Positions 35,450 through 39,626 of a DNA stretch of 39,626 bases are shown one piece after another. This DNA is from Pelomyxa schiedti. Its lineage: Eukaryota > Protista > Evosea. The number at the start of each line of letters is the position of its first letter. Within the stretch, counting starts at the first letter, position 1. Under the pieces are notes generated by a model. The model was not told where the DNA came from. It saw nothing but the letters and a program-made list of their open reading frames with translations, and did no database searches. Location: contig JAHLWZ010000948.1 in NCBI GenBank assembly GCA_020536535.1, positions 1 to 39,626 on the forward strand, given 5' to 3'. A program made the translations under genes and the position numbers.

Positions 35450-38400
35450 TTACAGTGATTTACATATATCCTCTTTCAACTTCTTGAGGTATGCTCGTTT
35501 GGATTCTGTGTCAAGAGTGGAGTGCTTGAGGTGGAACAGTTTCTCAGCAAGCTGAGTGCGTTTTATGTCAGGTCATTGAAAAGGGGTGGGTGAGGTGGCC
35601 ATACGAGCATCGCCGCCTGTTCGGGATTTCCACATGTGCAGGTTTGAGCATCGTCGGAGGTTGCTTCTGCTTGAAGCGTGTCCCGGACACGTAGTGCATA
35701 GTCTATCACGGTTTTTGGCATGCCTGATACCTCCGCAACTGCTATTGCGTATCTCAATCGCAAGTCAGCTGCGTAGCAGAAAAAGTTCATGACAATACCT
35801 GGAGTTGGAAGAATTCCCTCCCTGTGACAGTAGGAAGAGGGGTCGAAATCCTTCCCTCGAATTCCGCTCCACCTATTATAACTTAAGGAGAGAATGGGGG
35901 TGGGGTAGAGCTCTATTAACTTGGAAGTGATAGGTGGCAATATTTGGGTAAAGCTCTTGCAGCAGAGACAAGCGAGAGTAGTGGGTTACAAAAAGAAAAT
36001 GCCCGAAGCTTCGCAAGGCAAGATGTTCAGAAATACTCCATGCTAATGCTTCCCCTTCTGCTGTCGATGTACCTATTACCGGGAGTCACAATCTCTGTCA
36101 ACGGCTCTCTTTTTTTTGTTTTTTTCTTGCCTCTTCCAAGTTCATCTGGGCGGGTATTTCCCAATGTGCAGTGTTAATGTTATTTCAATTTCCTTAGTAC
36201 TTCATTTTTACCAATAAGAACAAGGGCTCTGTCTGACTGATTCTTTTTTGGTTGTTTTTTTTTTTTAGTGATGATCTCTCGTGATTTTGGGTATATACCT
36301 GTAAGATGTAGTGAATTTCACGCATTTCAGTCATAAAAGAGGACGCATTGCCCTCAGTACTTTCATCTGACCCGATTCTTGTTTATTGGTTGAGACAGGT
36401 CAATCTTTTGTCGTTACCTGGAAAGTATACGGTCCACCAATCGAAACGAAGCGAAAGTTGCAGGAACAAAGCAGCCAATATGTGCCAAAATTGTGAGGAG
36501 CGCGACCTGCCGAATGTAGGTGCTTTTTCCGGACATATTGGGTCCTGAATGGAATAAGAGCCACCAGACATCTAGAAAAACTATTTACCCAGAATGATGT
36601 GATAAGACGAGGTATCACATATGTAAGAGTCGTTCTGCAATGCTTAGCGGAAGTAAGTATCAATAAAAGGGGGATACTGGCACAAATCCTCCATGTAAAA
36701 TCTTTTCCAGGATGGGATGTCTTCCTTGCGTAATGGCAAGTGGTCCATCTGCTGTGATCAACGGTCTCACTACAGGAAATTGGGTGCGTAAATTTTTTGG
36801 TTGTGTGGAAGACCGCAATTGTTTTCCATAGAATAGGTTGCAAAGGAGGTAAGCATGTCAAGTAGAGCCTTGTTCGGAATTAAGTTACCATAACCGACGA
36901 AAAAGTAATCACCATGGATTCCTCACTTTCGATGTTAGTACTAAACTAGAAGCGTGGCATTTCGTACAGTTGATGTAGATAGGCTACTTGCTGCCTAAGA
37001 AGCTCCGTGAGAATACAGTTATTTTAGAAAATGGTTTGTTGTCTGTTGTCACCTGATTTGCGTGAAGAGGCCTTGGATAATTCTATTTTTGAAGGAATTT
37101 TTAAAGAGTGAAATTTTGAAAAGATATGCAAAGAGAGCCCACTTTTCAGAGAGGAAGTAAATCTCGTCAGCGGAATCGGTATTTTTCCGGTTCAATGAAG
37201 CCAGTTCAGGTGTGGAGAATGTCCAATTTACGGGTCCTTTATGTATTTGAATGACACCAGAGACCAGTGCTGGATCCGACCCTACTAATTCCCCTGGGGC
37301 TTCCAAAAAGTACCCTCGTCTTACAGCATACTTAGAGGAGGATGTGAGAGTAAAACCTACTTGACGGGCGAAAAAACCTTAATTTTGATTGGAAGGCCTG
37401 ACTGGGAGAGATTGATTTTGCCCAATTAATTGGAAAATGAATTCTTATTGAAACACAGATGGATACCTTTTTGTAGTTCTCCACAGTTTGATGAATATCT
37501 GAACTCGGTGTTAAATTGTGCTGATGTAAGGGCAAGGGCCTGCCATCAATAGATTCAGTATAAGTCTTCCGTGCAATATCCAGCAATGTGTTCACATTAG
37601 CTTTTACAGCGAAACACAACTCCGTTTTCAGCTGATGGGCAGATTTTGTCAATACAGCTTTTTCTTCCACCACTTCCTTTGAACAAGATAAGACTAATTG
37701 TTTCAATCAATCACGTGGAACAATACCAATATCCAAGTTACAATTTCGGACAGACTGGAATTATCCTGTGTTACTTGAGTTAATGTACTGTCACATATAA
37801 TCTCCCCTGGTGGCAGACCAGATTTTGACGTATGAGGCTAAACAAGGGGCACGTTGCACAACTTAAAGTTTGGGCCAGTTGTGGAGAAAGTTGTAGAACG
37901 TGCTTAAGTTCCAACTGTTTCGAGATTTTGGGGGGTGTCAGCAGAATGCTTAAGTGTATGTTCCATTTGTTACCAGGCACTTGATTGCCGATCTGGTTTG
38001 CTTCTTGGAGGAGCCGAAATTTGTCAACATAAGTTGGTCGACCAGTCTTCCCACATCCACTGTGAATTTTGGAAACAGGTTGCTTATGTTATTGTGTAAG
38101 GTGGGATTGCTAATTATTTCCTCAACAGCCTCATGTCGAAGAGCGATAGTGGGCATATCTAGACCTGGGTCAAAATTGCGGTGTTGAATCATCTCAAATA
38201 CTCACCTGCAAGTGGACTGACAATGGTACTTAGTAACAATCTCCCTGAGAAAAAAAGGAAAGTTAGTTGACCCAGGGCAAAATCTTGACAGGTGACACAC
38301 ACCTCCAGACTTGGTTGCTGTGAAATTGATTGTGGAGAATAGGGTATTCTGTCTACTGCCAGTGCGAAAATTTCGGATCAATTCAAGGTGCTCCACGGTA

Positions 38401-39393
38401 ACTATTGAAGGTGTTATCACTCCCAATTTACAGCAGAGATAGGCAGGCATCCTACTTGGGGGTATCAACATTTTTCCTTCCGCAGAGTGCATGGAAACCT
38501 AAAAAGGTTCAATTAGACGGGACTGCTTTTGGCCTCCACAAACCTTGAGGGAAGAGGAGTGGAACGCTAGAGAGGAATAGTTGCAGGACAAGAATTTAAG
38601 GAGGGCACAAGCAGAGGCTAGACAAAGGTGTCTGCATAAATTTGGTAAGGGAAAGGGAAATGTTTTAAAACCTGGGTACCTTGTTGGTGATTCCAAGTCC
38701 AAGGTCCTGACAGAAGTAGTGAATGAAATTGAAGATTGAGGTAAAGCGCGTTACGATGTCTCTTTCAAGGCCAAGCGTTTCACTTCCAACAGTCCTGACA
38801 AAAGCATTCAGTCCCAAACAAACAAAAAAGCCAACAGAGGCCTCAACCTTCGTTTTCATTGAAGTTTGAACGAGGAGAAACCAGAATTCGCTCTGGGGAG
38901 AACATATTTCTGAGCAGCAACGACAACGTAGAGCTGTCTGTTGTTTGCGAAATGAGAATCTGCACCTGCTCGTGAGACAAAGTGGCAGGTGAGACTCTGG
39001 CCACAACCTGCACGGGATTCAGAGCATACAAATTCGTGGCAGCAAAAATGTGTGTCTTGTTGTCTACGAGCTGCATCAGTTTCAGTTCGCCGCCTCCAAT
39101 TCCGTACGCAGCAATCCCCACCTGCAAACAACAAGTCACACATTGAATCACATGGTACCGCTACCACACCTCTCCATATCTGCCCTCTGCCACTGCACAA
39201 ACCACCTGTCTTTCTCCAAGATCTTGTTCCATCAACAGAGTTTTTCTAGAGAAAAATAGCAGAGGCACCCTCACAGTGCGATTGTAAATTGGAGTGACAC
39301 CCCGCCAGGCAAATTAAGGTGTCAGTCAGAGGACCAGATCCAGTACACTGGGTTCTTGGAAGTTGACGACCTACATCTGTGATATTTCTCCAT
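35450..39393 (-). CDS. MSH4: Meiosis-specific MutS homolog 4
   Basis: N-terminal [15 protein letters not shown] and [10 protein letters not shown], with no mismatch-binding domain I. Walker [33 protein letters not shown], and an MSH4-like C-terminus LAEKLFHL...RAYLKKLK. Start uncertain (39232 or 39393). Confidence 0.9.
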
Positions 39394-39626
39394 CTCGAGT
39401 TTTTTGTACATACATGGAAATAGCAGAATTCCAGCTTTCTTGGTTTCGTTCTTTACTGTAAAAACGTCAATTGTTGTTAACGTTGTTTTATTTACTGTTT
39501 GCTGCACCACAAACAACTACAAAAGGTTGGCACACAACAACCTACACAGACACATTTCACAATGAGACAAAGTAATGACTGGGAGTTGGACTTGGCAAAG
39601 ACAGACCGTTTGCACCATGTAGAAAT

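Overview
Compact, intron-dense eukaryotic (protist) genomic DNA in the standard genetic code. Most introns I resolved are about 37-80 nt, GT-AG with a few GC-AG. An amoebozoan origin is my inference, from the Dictyostelium CprA-like cysteine proteases and the gene style. I reconstruct about 14 spliced genes in a mostly alternating-strand layout: a 5'-partial hypothetical gene (+), an RRM-ZnF-nucleotidyltransferase (TUTase/Cid1-like, -), a secreted-type esterase (+), a long hypothetical gene (-), a PH + coiled-coil protein (+), CTP synthase (-), prefoldin 6 (-), GAR1 (+), an Rnl2-family RNA ligase (-), a DnaJ-ankyrin protein (+), two tandem papain-family proteases (-), a DNAAF5/HEATR2-like protein (+) and MSH4 (-). 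The most striking non-genic structure is a 2.55-kb near-perfect palindrome (arms 6817-8005 and 8178-9366). It has nested inner inverted repeats and a small spliced passenger gene, and it looks like a foldback-type insertion between two convergent genes. There are also two hairpin-dense intergenic segments that are candidate ncRNAs. No rRNA, tRNA or CRISPR array was recognised. Gene models were spliced by eye, so internal exon boundaries and some termini are approximate.
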